Shown here piece after piece: positions 29,536 through 39,311 of a stretch of 64,000 nt of DNA. A program made the translations under genes and the position numbers. Below the pieces are notes generated by a model that saw only the letters and a program-made list of their open reading frames with translations, ran no database searches and had not been told where the DNA came from. This DNA is from a virus (lineage: Duplodnaviria; Caudoviricetes): IMG/VR virus record IMGVR_UViG_3300031555_003590, positions 228,120-292,119 of that record, one strand, 5' to 3'. Position 1 is the first letter of the stretch. Every line of letters begins with the position of its first letter.

Positions 29536-29973
29536 GTGGATTATAATTTAATAACATACTGTCTAATTATTATAGTATCAGCAATATGTTTAATAAATAT
29601 TATAACATGTATTAAACTTATTAATCAAGAAAAGAAACTATCTGAATTAAGATTACAGATTCAATCTGATAATCATAATACTGCAACTGAATATTCTGAA
29701 AAGATGTTAGATTTTGTTAAGATGTTAACTAGTCAAATAGCAGTATTAAGATTTAGAACATTTGTTGATACACATGAACTTGATAAGATTACTAAAGCTA
29801 ATGTGCAAAAATTAGTTACTGATGTAGCTGAAACAGTTCATAATTCAATTAATATTGATAATATTGATTTCGAAGATATGTTATTTAATAAAGAATTTTT
29901 CGAAAAATATATTATTGAAACATCTTTAATTACAATTAAAAGTTTATTAGATAAAGCTGTTAATGAAGAATAA
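29536..29973 (+). CDS. Membrane-anchored hypothetical protein
   Basis: N-terminal hydrophobic helix; RBS GAGGAGG. Confidence 0.7.
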   Translation: MDYNLITYCLIIIVSAICLINIITCIKLINQEKKLSELRLQIQSDNHNTATEYSEKMLDFVKMLTSQIAVLRFRTFVDTHELDKITKANVQKLVTDVAETVHNSINIDNIDFEDMLFNKEFFEKYIIETSLITIKSLLDKAVNEE

Positions 29974-29991
29974 ATAGGAGGAATTATTACA

Positions 29992-31059
29992 ATGGATGAA
30001 ATGAATGTTATGAATGAATCTAATGTTGAATCAGTAGAGGCTGAAGTAGTTGGTATTACTAATACTACTGAAGAAGTGGTAGATGTAGAAGTTAGTGAAG
30101 TAGAACCTTCTAAAGCTATTGAAGATGAAGAAAATCCTATAAATGAAGTTTCCATTAAACAAATTACTCAACTTTTAAAACAGGTTGAAGAAATGGTACG
30201 TATAATGGAAGCTAACTGGAATACTTCTAAACGTGAATTAAAACTTACTGATACTCATATGAAACAATTATATCAGTATAATGAAGAAAATCGTACTGAA
30301 ATGCCTGATGATTTAAGTGAAGAAGAACAAGAGAAATGGGATCGTTTTAATGGTCTCAATAATATTACTGAAGAAAAAGTTATTGAAATCTTTGGCGAAA
30401 ATCATCCTATTATTGGAGTAGAATATACTGTAACTGTTGATCGAATTAAAGATGCTACTGAAGATTTCTTTAATTGGTTATCTGCTTTACAAGAGTATCG
30501 TCAAATTCATGATGCCTATCTTCAACTAATTGAATTAGAAGAAGAGAAGAATATTGAAATTTTAAAAACTACTACTGAAAAAGAAGAAGATTCTGAAAAG
30601 AAAGCTAAGATGCAAGAATCTATTGATATGTATTATAATCGTAAATATTTAGGATTCTTAGCTGAAAAGATGGATGATAAAGATCGAGATCGTATTATAA
30701 AAGCATTTTCTGATCAAAAGAAAATTGAATATTGGCTACAGCGTACTCGTGATAAACTAAAACAAATTAAAGTAGCTGAAAAGTTTATTCTAGAAATTTC
30801 TCAATTTGAGAAACGTTTCTTAGATGAAAAGTACGAGAAGTGCAGTAATATCCTATTACTATATTTTATGCAACTAATTATTTATTCTGATTTATATGAT
30901 ACAAAGAATAATGGTCGAAATAAAGTAGTTGCAATGGTAGTTGGTTTGGATGGATTTATTCGTAAGACTCAACCTAAAGAGGTTCGTGAAAAGATTCTAA
31001 ATAATGTTATTGCACTATTAGATCAATTCATTGATTTTATTCCTAATAAAGTAGAATAA
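29992..31059 (+). CDS. Hypothetical helical protein with acidic N-terminus
   Basis: Long ORF; RBS AGGAGG. Confidence 0.75.
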   Translation: MDEMNVMNESNVESVEAEVVGITNTTEEVVDVEVSEVEPSKAIEDEENPINEVSIKQITQLLKQVEEMVRIMEANWNTSKRELKLTDTHMKQLYQYNEENRTEMPDDLSEEEQEKWDRFNGLNNITEEKVIEIFGENHPIIGVEYTVTVDRIKDATEDFFNWLSALQEYRQIHDAYLQLIELEEEKNIEILKTTTEKEEDSEKKAKMQESIDMYYNRKYLGFLAEKMDDKDRDRIIKAFSDQKKIEYWLQRTRDKLKQIKVAEKFILEISQFEKRFLDEKYEKCSNILLLYFMQLIIYSDLYDTKNNGRNKVVAMVVGLDGFIRKTQPKEVREKILNNVIALLDQFIDFIPNKVE

Positions 31060-31065
31060 TAAAAA

Positions 31066-31102
31066 TAAATAAAGGAGAGGGAATATTCCCTCTCCTTTAT
31101 TT
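31066..31102. terminator. Terminator, near-identical to the one at 48342-48376
   Basis: AAATAAAGGAGAGGGAATATTCCCTCTCCTTTATTT. Confidence 0.8.
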
Positions 31103-31106
31103 ATAT

Positions 31107-31137
31107 CGTATTTTCTATAATAAAAATTATATATTAT
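31107..31137 (+). promoter_or_regulatory. Putative early promoter CGTAT-N16-TATATATTAT
   Basis: Recurrent motif followed by a 5' leader hairpin. Confidence 0.7.
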
Positions 31138-31206
31138 TATTTTAGAATATAGAATAATAAATTATTCTATATATCAAAAAATGATTATAAAATGGAGGAA
31201 AATAAA

Positions 31207-31374
31207 ATGTATAATAGTAAAATTTTTGAAGGAAGTTTCTTACATGCAAATAATAGCACTGCTGATGAAAAATTTAATGAATGGATTAAAAGTAATCCTA
31301 ATATTGAAATTTTAAGTTTCCAGTATCAATAATCTGATCATGGCAATCATTCTATTTGTATTCTATATAAATAA
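31207..31374 (+). pseudogene. Small early gene with an in-frame TAA (MYNSKIF...SFQYQ*SDHGNHSICILYK)
   Basis: RBS GGAGG; TAA at 31330-31332; frame continues to a stop overlapping the next RBS. Confidence 0.55.
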
Positions 31375-31387
31375 GGAGATAAATAAT

Positions 31388-31819
31388 ATGGAAACTATTG
31401 AATCTGCAAAATATAATGGTTATGCAGCAACTGATTCTGAAAATGCATTTAGAATTCTCTTTGATAATAAATATCATACTTGTATTATATTTGATACTAA
31501 TAATATTGTAGTTGATAATATTATCAAAGAAGTTCTAAGAAAACTCAAATCTCATAATGCAACAATTTCAAACATTAATGATCAAATGCTTCCTTCTGTA
31601 TATAGATGGATAGCTCAAGATGATGATGGTAATAATTGTTACTATGCTGCTGAAATTAGTATGGATAGATTTGAAAAGAAAGCTCAACTACTTCATATGT
31701 TTAATGAACCTGTTTATTGGGTTTTAACAGATCCAAATGCAAGGAAACCAATGACATCAAAAGCAATGAAAACATTAGTAATGCTAACTTATAATATGAT
31801 GACTAAAAATAAGGAGTAA
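31388..31819 (+). CDS. Hypothetical early protein
   Basis: RBS AAGGAG before ATG 31388. Confidence 0.75.
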   Translation: METIESAKYNGYAATDSENAFRILFDNKYHTCIIFDTNNIVVDNIIKEVLRKLKSHNATISNINDQMLPSVYRWIAQDDDGNNCYYAAEISMDRFEKKAQLLHMFNEPVYWVLTDPNARKPMTSKAMKTLVMLTYNMMTKNKE

Positions 31820-31825
31820 TAATAA

Positions 31826-32098
31826 ATGATTAAAAATAAAAATCTTGTAATCACAATTATATCAATTATCATTGCAATTATCATTGGTACATTATTCAGT
31901 GGATGTAATAAACAAGTTATTGATCTTAATTATAATTTCAAATATGCTATTATTGAAACTGGAATTGGTATCATTGAAGGAGAAGTTCAGTCATGGAAGG
32001 ATTATGATGAAAGTGATCAGATTCAAGTAAAAATTGATGATACTACATATTTGGTTCATTCTTCTAGAATTACTCTTATGACTAATAAACCTCAATAA
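31826..32098 (+). CDS. Small lipoprotein
   Basis: Signal peptide with lipobox LFSGC. Confidence 0.75.
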   Translation: MIKNKNLVITIISIIIAIIIGTLFSGCNKQVIDLNYNFKYAIIETGIGIIEGEVQSWKDYDESDQIQVKIDDTTYLVHSSRITLMTNKPQ

Positions 32099-32138
32099 AA
32101 ATTAAATTGAGTGAGTATACTCACTCAATTTTTTATAT

Positions 32139-32169
32139 AGTATTTACCAATATCCTACGTATATATTAT
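32139..32169 (+). promoter_or_regulatory. Putative early promoter AGTAT-N16-TATATATTAT
   Basis: Follows palindrome 32104-32131. Confidence 0.65.
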
Positions 32170-32228
32170 AATAATGAATAGATAATAATATTTATCTATA
32201 TCTTATAATAGAAAGAAGGATTGATAGT

Positions 32229-32471
32229 ATGACATTAGCTCAATATCAACTCAAGATTATTAGTATTTTAGACAAATTTGAAGAAGGTGAATATGAAGAT
32301 GATTGTGATGCTCATTTAATTGCCTTAAATGAGTTATCTGAAACTATTCATAATGCATTAAAAGAATATAACGATGAATCATTAAACAAACTCAACAAAC
32401 ATGTTACACTTTCCATTATGATAATGGAATTAGCAATTGATTCAGGAATAATAACATTAAAAACAACATAA
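32229..32471 (+). CDS. Small helical early protein, paralog of 32487-32738
   Basis: Shared ALNE..E.I.NAL..Y.DESL..L.....LSI.IMELA...G.IT. Confidence 0.8.
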   Translation: MTLAQYQLKIISILDKFEEGEYEDDCDAHLIALNELSETIHNALKEYNDESLNKLNKHVTLSIMIMELAIDSGIITLKTT

Positions 32472-32486
32472 AAGGAGAAATTTAAA

Positions 32487-32738
32487 ATGACACGTGCAGA
32501 AATTAAAACTAACATTGAAAACAAACTTCAGGATCTTGAAGTACATAATCATGGACAGGTTAAATCAAAATCTGTTTATGAAAAAAGAAAGGTTGCTCTT
32601 AATGAGATGATTGAAATTATTGATAATGCCCTGCAGGATTATCAAGATGAGTCACTGGTACAATTAAAAAATAGAATTAACCTTTCTATTAGAATCATGG
32701 AACTTGCAAATGAATGTGGATTAATTACTGAACCCTAA
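32487..32738 (+). CDS. Small helical early protein, paralog of 32229-32471
   Basis: Same shared motif; RBS AAGGAG. Confidence 0.8.
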   Translation: MTRAEIKTNIENKLQDLEVHNHGQVKSKSVYEKRKVALNEMIEIIDNALQDYQDESLVQLKNRINLSIRIMELANECGLITEP

Positions 32739-32751
32739 AGGAGAAACCTCA

Positions 32752-33042
32752 ATGAGAAATTTAATTGCTATTATGAAAAGGAGGACATCAAAAGAATCAG
32801 CTCAAACTAAAATTGCATCATTGCTAGAAGAATTCATTGATGTTTATAATCGTTATCCAAATTTCCAACATAATCAAGAAGATTGGCAAAAGCATTATAA
32901 TGTTGCCACTGAAATAGTTCAAGTATATAATGAACATGCAGTAGAATTAAATGCAATGAAAGTTTCAACTGTTGTATTTCTTGGAACTGTTAGAGATCAT
33001 ATTTCTAGATTGGAAGAGATAAGAGATTATAGAAATATGTAG
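32752..33042 (+). CDS. Hypothetical early protein
   Basis: RBS AAGGAG; terminator at 33059-33083. Confidence 0.75.
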   Translation: MRNLIAIMKRRTSKESAQTKIASLLEEFIDVYNRYPNFQHNQEDWQKHYNVATEIVQVYNEHAVELNAMKVSTVVFLGTVRDHISRLEEIRDYRNM

Positions 33043-33093
33043 TAATAAAAATCATATTAAGGGTACCCATAGTGGGTACCCTTTTCTTTTTAT

Positions 33094-33123
33094 CGTATAT
33101 TCTCAATTTCAATTATATATTAT
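33094..33123 (+). promoter_or_regulatory. Putative early promoter CGTAT-N15-TATATATTAT
   Basis: Recurrent motif. Confidence 0.65.
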
Positions 33124-33188
33124 TATAATAGATATAGGCTAACATGAATATTCTCCTATATACTTTTTGGGAAAGGAGGAATATCATT

Positions 33189-33503
33189 ATGGGTAAATCT
33201 GCTCACTCATTACATTTATTAAATACTACTGATGAATTATATGCAGCTATTGATGCATTGAATGAATGGGATTTTATTAAGAAAGCTGCTAGAACATTTA
33301 GAAATTCTTGTAGTGACTCAACTTATGAATCTATTAGCGAGTTAGTCAAAATATTTAATAAGAATTTAATTTCCAATGGAAAACTTGCAAAACATAACGA
33401 AATTAAAACTTCATATGATAAATATGAGTTATTAAAATATATCGAGTCTCGTTATGATATAGATTTCATAATAAGACATTGGATCCATAATGCTACAAGA
33501 TAG
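33189..33503 (+). CDS. Hypothetical early protein
   Basis: RBS GAAAGGAGG before ATG 33189; terminator at about 33510-33545. Confidence 0.75.
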   Translation: MGKSAHSLHLLNTTDELYAAIDALNEWDFIKKAARTFRNSCSDSTYESISELVKIFNKNLISNGKLAKHNEIKTSYDKYELLKYIESRYDIDFIIRHWIHNATR

Positions 33504-33605
33504 TAACAGAAAGAAAGGATGTTTAGTTGCATCCTTTCTTTTTTTATTAATTTTTACCGCTTTATAAAAGATTTTAATTTTATAATGAAAGGAGTTAATT
33601 TATAT

Positions 33606-34829
33606 ATGTCTGGACAATTGATTTTTAATGAAGAAAGTATGATCAATGGTAATATTTTTAAATTTGAACAACGTCTTCAAAGTCAAGTAAATAAATATGT
33701 TGAAAATGGTGCCATTTTAACTACATATTATTCACAAAGAGAAAATAGCATTACTGTAGATAGAGGTCTACAAGATATTGATCAGTTATTTGGAAAGAAA
33801 TCTCCATTGAGATATAATAAAATTAAAAATTTACCATTATATGGGTTTGGTCAAGCTAATCCGGAAAATACTGATGAAAATCAAATAGAAGATATTAATG
33901 TAGAAGGAGATTGTTTAATTCTACCAACAACTATTGTACCTAAACAATCTGATTTCTTTCAAGTTAATCATTTAAAAATGAATGCACTATTTCAGGTTAC
34001 TTCAGTAACATACGATAGTATGAAACCTGATGGATATTATAAAATTCATTATAGATTAATTAGTACTTCTTTAGAAACATTACAAGGTATTCAAGAACAA
34101 GTAGTAGAAACTTATTCTACTGAATTAAATGCTTTAGGTACAGATACAAATCCAATTATTAGAGAAGATGATTTCCATTATCGTAATCAAGTACATCAAA
34201 TGGTAAATCAAATGATTACAAATTATAGAGCATTGTATTATAATAGTAGACATAATTGTTTTTTATATCATGATAATGATAGTGGATTAGAATGGTTTGA
34301 TATGTGTGGTCATAGTTTTATTGGTAAATTTAGTTTAATGAATATGGAGAATTCAGGTAATGTAATTGTATTAAGTGATAAATTACAAGATAGACAAATG
34401 TTACTTCGATATACTAATTCAGTTTATAATTGGATTGAATTGGGAGCACCTGCTCGTCTACTTAGAAATTTCTTTTTTGAATTAGTATATGCTGAAGGAT
34501 ATCCTTATTCTTCTTTTGTTAGATGGGAAGAAGGGGATATTATCCAAGTAATACATCCATTATCAAATAATCAAGAAAATATTAATAATAGACAATATTC
34601 AATATTTGATAATGATACATTAAATGCATTATTAAATAATAGATATGAACCTGTTAATGAATATGAAAAACTAATATGGAAATATATTTATAAACCAAAT
34701 CAATTAACAATTAAAGATGTATCATTATATACTGGAGATGCACTAATTAATTCTATTAGAAATATTGATACATTTTTATATACTCCTATTATTATATTTA
34801 TTATTCGACGTATCCTTGGAATGAATTAA
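33606..34829 (+). CDS. Probable virion structural protein
   Basis: RBS GAAAGGAG before ATG 33606; begins the tail/fibre block. Confidence 0.55.
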   Translation: MSGQLIFNEESMINGNIFKFEQRLQSQVNKYVENGAILTTYYSQRENSITVDRGLQDIDQLFGKKSPLRYNKIKNLPLYGFGQANPENTDENQIEDINVEGDCLILPTTIVPKQSDFFQVNHLKMNALFQVTSVTYDSMKPDGYYKIHYRLISTSLETLQGIQEQVVETYSTELNALGTDTNPIIREDDFHYRNQVHQMVNQMITNYRALYYNSRHNCFLYHDNDSGLEWFDMCGHSFIGKFSLMNMENSGNVIVLSDKLQDRQMLLRYTNSVYNWIELGAPARLLRNFFFELVYAEGYPYSSFVRWEEGDIIQVIHPLSNNQENINNRQYSIFDNDTLNALLNNRYEPVNEYEKLIWKYIYKPNQLTIKDVSLYTGDALINSIRNIDTFLYTPIIIFIIRRILGMN

Positions 34830-34833
34830 TCGA

Positions 34834-34845
34834 AACAAATTTGTA
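34834..34845 (+). promoter_or_regulatory. Putative late promoter AACA-N6-TA
   Basis: Recurrent motif. Confidence 0.55.
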
Positions 34846-34889
34846 ATACCATTAAAAGGTAAAATACATAAGAAAGGAGAGATATTATT

Positions 34890-36380
34890 ATGTATACTTG
34901 TAATTGTGGATCTAATAATACTAGTAATAACAGTAGTAATATTGATAGTAATCATGTAAATGCATTTGTTGATATGAATGGAGTTCCATATTTAGTAGCA
35001 GAATATCTTGATACAAACAATTTCCAGCAAATAGATAGATCTCTGATTAAAAGTGAGGTTTTTGTTGATCAGAGTGAAGCTATGCGTGCTGTAGTTGATA
35101 TTAGTATTGATGATATTGGCAAGAGAGCTAGTGATGGTCTTCCTGCAATTGTTGGAAATAATACTAAACAAAAGAATCTACTAAAAATGATTTCTGATAA
35201 TTGTGCAATTTTAGGTAGAAATATTAATGTATTAAGACGTGGAATTGTTGTTCGAGTTGATTATCAATTAGAAAATTATCGTACTGGTCAGGTCATTCGT
35301 TCTATGACTGAAAAGTTTAGAATTACTGATAGAAATTATTTTTTAGATATTAATCCTCGCGAAGTTAATGATAATGCAATTATTGTAAACTTCTGCAATA
35401 CATTAGTATCTACTATTAATGAATTTACTCATGGCCAAGATCCTATGATAATGAGAGTTACTAATCTTCATCTATCATATGAGATGGTAAATGTATCTCC
35501 TAAGATGCCTCGTATTAAACAATCTATGTCTTATACTGGTAATGATGCATATCTACCTACTCATTATGGCATGGAACAAGAAATGTATTATTATCATAAG
35601 ATGATGCAAAATCAACATTGCATGCCTGGATGTAATCCATATTATCCTTATACATATTATCCTTATAATTGTACATGTTATGGTAATGAACCAGTTAGTA
35701 TGATTTCACCTGCTGCATGGGCTGCATTTAATAGATTCTATCATTTTGATAATGATAATAATGATATCATTATCCACAGTCAGGAAGTTAATGATCCAAT
35801 GACTAAGATTACACTAGTTCCTTGTGGAACTGTACGAGTCAATCGTGTATTCAAAATTAATCCTGGTCATCGTATCATTTTCAAATTCTGTATTTGGAAA
35901 AATGATTTAACTGTAGTAAATGATACTACTGAAATTGCTAAACTTCTTGGTGTTCCTGTTCTAGATAATTCTACTACTGAAGATAGTTCTTCTACATCAA
36001 ATTCAACTAATTGTAATTGTAATACTGATCTTAGTTACGATACTATGATGAATATGATTAAACGAACTATGGATATGGATTGTAAACAGAATCAAATCAT
36101 TAATAATCTAACTGATAGAATTGATGAATTAATGATTAAGATTGATAATCTACATCCAATTGAAATTCCTGAAGAAGATTCTAGTAATACAGATGGTGAG
36201 ATTTCAGATGATACTGTATATTGTGAAGAATGTGCATCTGAACATGAACGTTTAGAAAATATGATTGAATCATCTATTCCTGAATATAATACAATGTCCA
36301 GTGATTTAATTGCAAAAATTGTTGCTGAGAATAGTATTATAACGACGGAAGAAGTGGAATCTAATGAGACAACTTTCTAA
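34890..36380 (+). CDS. Hypothetical late protein with Cys/Tyr-rich segments and a coiled coil
   Basis: Long ORF; RBS GAAAGGAG. Confidence 0.7.
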   Translation: MYTCNCGSNNTSNNSSNIDSNHVNAFVDMNGVPYLVAEYLDTNNFQQIDRSLIKSEVFVDQSEAMRAVVDISIDDIGKRASDGLPAIVGNNTKQKNLLKMISDNCAILGRNINVLRRGIVVRVDYQLENYRTGQVIRSMTEKFRITDRNYFLDINPREVNDNAIIVNFCNTLVSTINEFTHGQDPMIMRVTNLHLSYEMVNVSPKMPRIKQSMSYTGNDAYLPTHYGMEQEMYYYHKMMQNQHCMPGCNPYYPYTYYPYNCTCYGNEPVSMISPAAWAAFNRFYHFDNDNNDIIIHSQEVNDPMTKITLVPCGTVRVNRVFKINPGHRIIFKFCIWKNDLTVVNDTTEIAKLLGVPVLDNSTTEDSSSTSNSTNCNCNTDLSYDTMMNMIKRTMDMDCKQNQIINNLTDRIDELMIKIDNLHPIEIPEEDSSNTDGEISDDTVYCEECASEHERLENMIESSIPEYNTMSSDLIAKIVAENSIITTEEVESNETTF

Positions 36381-36419
36381 TAATGATTAATATTAGATAG
36401 AAAAGGAGTGTGTTAATAA

Positions 36420-37394
36420 ATGCCTGATACTACTGTAACTGATGTTGTATATGAATTTTTAGGTAAGCCTGGTGTTACTAATCTTAGTAAAGCTATTCTT
36501 ACTAAAGTAAACTCTCGTATTGAAGACAGAATTGTTACTTCTATTGATGATGCATCAGATGATAGTCATGTACCTTCTGCATTAGCAGTATATACTGCTA
36601 TTAACAGAATGAGTCATATTAAATTTAAGACTCATTTAGGTGCAATTGAAGATGTTGCTGAACCTAATACTAGTTATATTTATCTACAGAGAGATACATC
36701 AGAAGATACAACCTGGATGATGTATGTATATGATACTGAAATTGGTTGGATTAATATCGGTGATACTGAAGTAGATTTAAGTAACTATTGGTCCAGAGAT
36801 CCTTCTGATGTAGAAGCTCTTAAGATTGCACTTGGTCTTCCTGACGAAATTGAACGTCTTGATACTAAGATTGATGAATCTGTTGAAGTACTTAATGAGA
36901 CAATTAAGAATCTTCCTGCAAATCTCTTATTTAATGAGAATGGTGACTTTGCTATTAAGCTAATGGCAGCTGCCAATACCTCTTTAGTAGATTATGTGTT
37001 TACTTTAGAGAGACCTGGTATGTATACTGTTTATGCTGAGAGAGGTTGCCCTGATAACCCTGTAAGTCCTTCTAATTCTTCTTATCGTGGTCTTTGTCAT
37101 ATTACCCAGTTAGAGGATCAGTCTATTCCTAATGCTACTACTGAATATCAGAGATTATATGGTTGGATCATGTTATTCGACCAGGATGCTAATGTATATG
37201 TAAATTATATTCGTAGAAGTGTTGCTTCTGGATGGGTTGATCTTGGTAATAAAACTTTAGTAACTACTGAGATTGAAAGACTTGAAACTGAATTAGTTGA
37301 AAAAGTAGATAATACTCAATTAGTTAAATTAACTGAAGAGGAAATTTTATCTGCGGTTGATGAGGCTTATACTGCAACTGAGCCTACATTATAA
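36420..37394 (+). CDS. Fibre/appendage family protein A
   Basis: Shares KVNxRIxxRIV...VPSA and LQRD...WMxYVY...WINxGDTEVDLSNYWS modules with 37437 and 39312. Confidence 0.7.
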   Translation: MPDTTVTDVVYEFLGKPGVTNLSKAILTKVNSRIEDRIVTSIDDASDDSHVPSALAVYTAINRMSHIKFKTHLGAIEDVAEPNTSYIYLQRDTSEDTTWMMYVYDTEIGWINIGDTEVDLSNYWSRDPSDVEALKIALGLPDEIERLDTKIDESVEVLNETIKNLPANLLFNENGDFAIKLMAAANTSLVDYVFTLERPGMYTVYAERGCPDNPVSPSNSSYRGLCHITQLEDQSIPNATTEYQRLYGWIMLFDQDANVYVNYIRRSVASGWVDLGNKTLVTTEIERLETELVEKVDNTQLVKLTEEEILSAVDEAYTATEPTL

Positions 37395-37436
37395 TCAACA
37401 TTAAAGTAATTAAAAATTGAAAGGAGACTATAAAAT

Positions 37437-38411
37437 ATGGCTATTGAAACTTATCAATTTCTAAATCAAGCTGGCGTAGAAAAGCTGGCAACTGAACTTT
37501 TAGGCAAGGTTAATCTTCGTATTGCTGAGCGTATTGTTACTGAGGTATCTGAAACTTCTAGTGATAAGGTAGTTCCTTCTGCTAAGACTGTATATGATCT
37601 TCTTGCAGCTGCTAATGCTGCTTCTGCTGATCTTAAGACTCGTGTAGATGGTCATGATACTACTCTTGGTGAGCATGGTGATTCTATTTCTGCTCTTCAG
37701 ACTTCTCAGGGTGAGCAGGATACTAAGATTGGTACTCTTGAGACTGATCTAGCTGCTCTATCTAAAACTGTTGATGATTTAACTCACCTTACCATTGAGA
37801 CTGTAACTGGTAGCATTGATACTGTAACTACTCCTGCTACTGATAAGCTGTATCTACAGCGTGATAATGAGTCTGATAAGACTTGGATGCTGTATGTATA
37901 TCAGGAATCTGCAAATCCTGATGCTTATGATGCTTCTAAATATTTCACCACTGATGGTGCTGGTACTATCACTGGTTTAACTGATGAAGCTAAGGCTGCT
38001 ACTGAACTAATTATTCCAACTGAGATTAGTGGCGTAGCTGTTACTGCTATTGCTGATAATGTATTTGCTGATGCTGCTTCTCTAACTACTGTTAACTTTG
38101 TTGGTACTGAGGAACAGTGGAATGCTATTACTGTTGGCACTACTGGCAATGATCCTCTAACTGCAGCTACTAAGACTTATGAGTATACTCTACCTGCTGC
38201 TACTGTTGGTACTTGGATCAATGTAGGCGATACTGAAGTTGACCTTTCTAACTACTGGAGCAAAGATAGTATCGATGAGATGAAGGAAGCTCTTGGCATG
38301 CATGATGCTGAGCCTATTCCTGATGAGACTGTAGTTTCTTCTGTTGAGGCTGCATTTACTGCTACTGCAGTTGATCTCACTGATTCTACTGAAGAGGAAG
38401 AGACTGTATAA
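37437..38411 (+). CDS. Fibre/appendage family protein B with coiled coil and inserted minimal BspA-like LRR
   Basis: Same modules; ELIIPTEISGVAVTAIADNVF...TVNFVGTEEQWNAI insert; high-expression codons. Confidence 0.7.
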   Translation: MAIETYQFLNQAGVEKLATELLGKVNLRIAERIVTEVSETSSDKVVPSAKTVYDLLAAANAASADLKTRVDGHDTTLGEHGDSISALQTSQGEQDTKIGTLETDLAALSKTVDDLTHLTIETVTGSIDTVTTPATDKLYLQRDNESDKTWMLYVYQESANPDAYDASKYFTTDGAGTITGLTDEAKAATELIIPTEISGVAVTAIADNVFADAASLTTVNFVGTEEQWNAITVGTTGNDPLTAATKTYEYTLPAATVGTWINVGDTEVDLSNYWSKDSIDEMKEALGMHDAEPIPDETVVSSVEAAFTATAVDLTDSTEEEETV

Positions 38412-38517
38412 TTTATTTAATTAAAAATGTAAAATAATAAATGGAATCCATGGGTCCATTTATTTGGACCCATGGATTTTAATAACTGAAAAATATTATG
38501 AAAGGATTGATATTAAT

Positions 38518-39243
38518 ATGACAACTGTATTAAAGAATTTAACAGCTAAATGGAAATTCGACCCTATTAATTTAGAAAAGTTTCATCCAGTAGAAGGTAA
38601 TATTAACCTAGACGTAGTACAAACTGAACCAACTCCATTTACTTTAACTTCTAGTAATATAAGTGAAATCGGATATACAGATACTACTACTGATTTAGTA
38701 ATTCCAGAAACATTTATTGGAACTGATGGAGTATTATATAAAGTAACTAGTATTGATAACCAAACATTCCATTCTGATACTAACTTAATTAGTATTTCTA
38801 TACCAGATACTGTTACTAGTATTGGTGCTGGTGCATTTGTTGGTTGTACTAATTTAAAAACTGCTACTATATCAAATAATGTAACTAATATTGGAAGTAT
38901 GGCATTTGGAAATTGTACTAATCTAACTAGTGTAAATATTCCTAATAGTATGACTATCCTTAATAATAGTATATTCATGAATTGTTCTAGTTTAACAAAT
39001 ATTATTATACCTGACAGTGTAACTACTATATATGGTTATGCATTTGAAAAATGTATTAAACTAAGTAGTATTACTATTCCTAATAGTGTAACTAGTATTG
39101 GAAACTATACATTTGATGGTTGTATTGCACTTAATACAGTAAACTACACTGGTACTGAAGAAGAATGGAATGCCATTGAAATTGATATTACTGGTAATGA
39201 TTCATTACTTAATGCTACTAAAGTATACAATTATGGATCATAA
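38518..39243 (+). CDS. BspA-type LRR protein with an N-terminal half-Ig plug
   Basis: IPDSVTxIGxxAFxxCxxL repeats; N-terminus WKFDP...FHPVEGNINLDVV; start refined to ATG 38518. Confidence 0.8.
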   Translation: MTTVLKNLTAKWKFDPINLEKFHPVEGNINLDVVQTEPTPFTLTSSNISEIGYTDTTTDLVIPETFIGTDGVLYKVTSIDNQTFHSDTNLISISIPDTVTSIGAGAFVGCTNLKTATISNNVTNIGSMAFGNCTNLTSVNIPNSMTILNNSIFMNCSSLTNIIIPDSVTTIYGYAFEKCIKLSSITIPNSVTSIGNYTFDGCIALNTVNYTGTEEEWNAIEIDITGNDSLLNATKVYNYGS

Positions 39244-39311
39244 TATTCACTAAAATATAATGTGATATGATTATATCATTATAAAATAATATAAGGAGGA
39301 TATAATAAATT

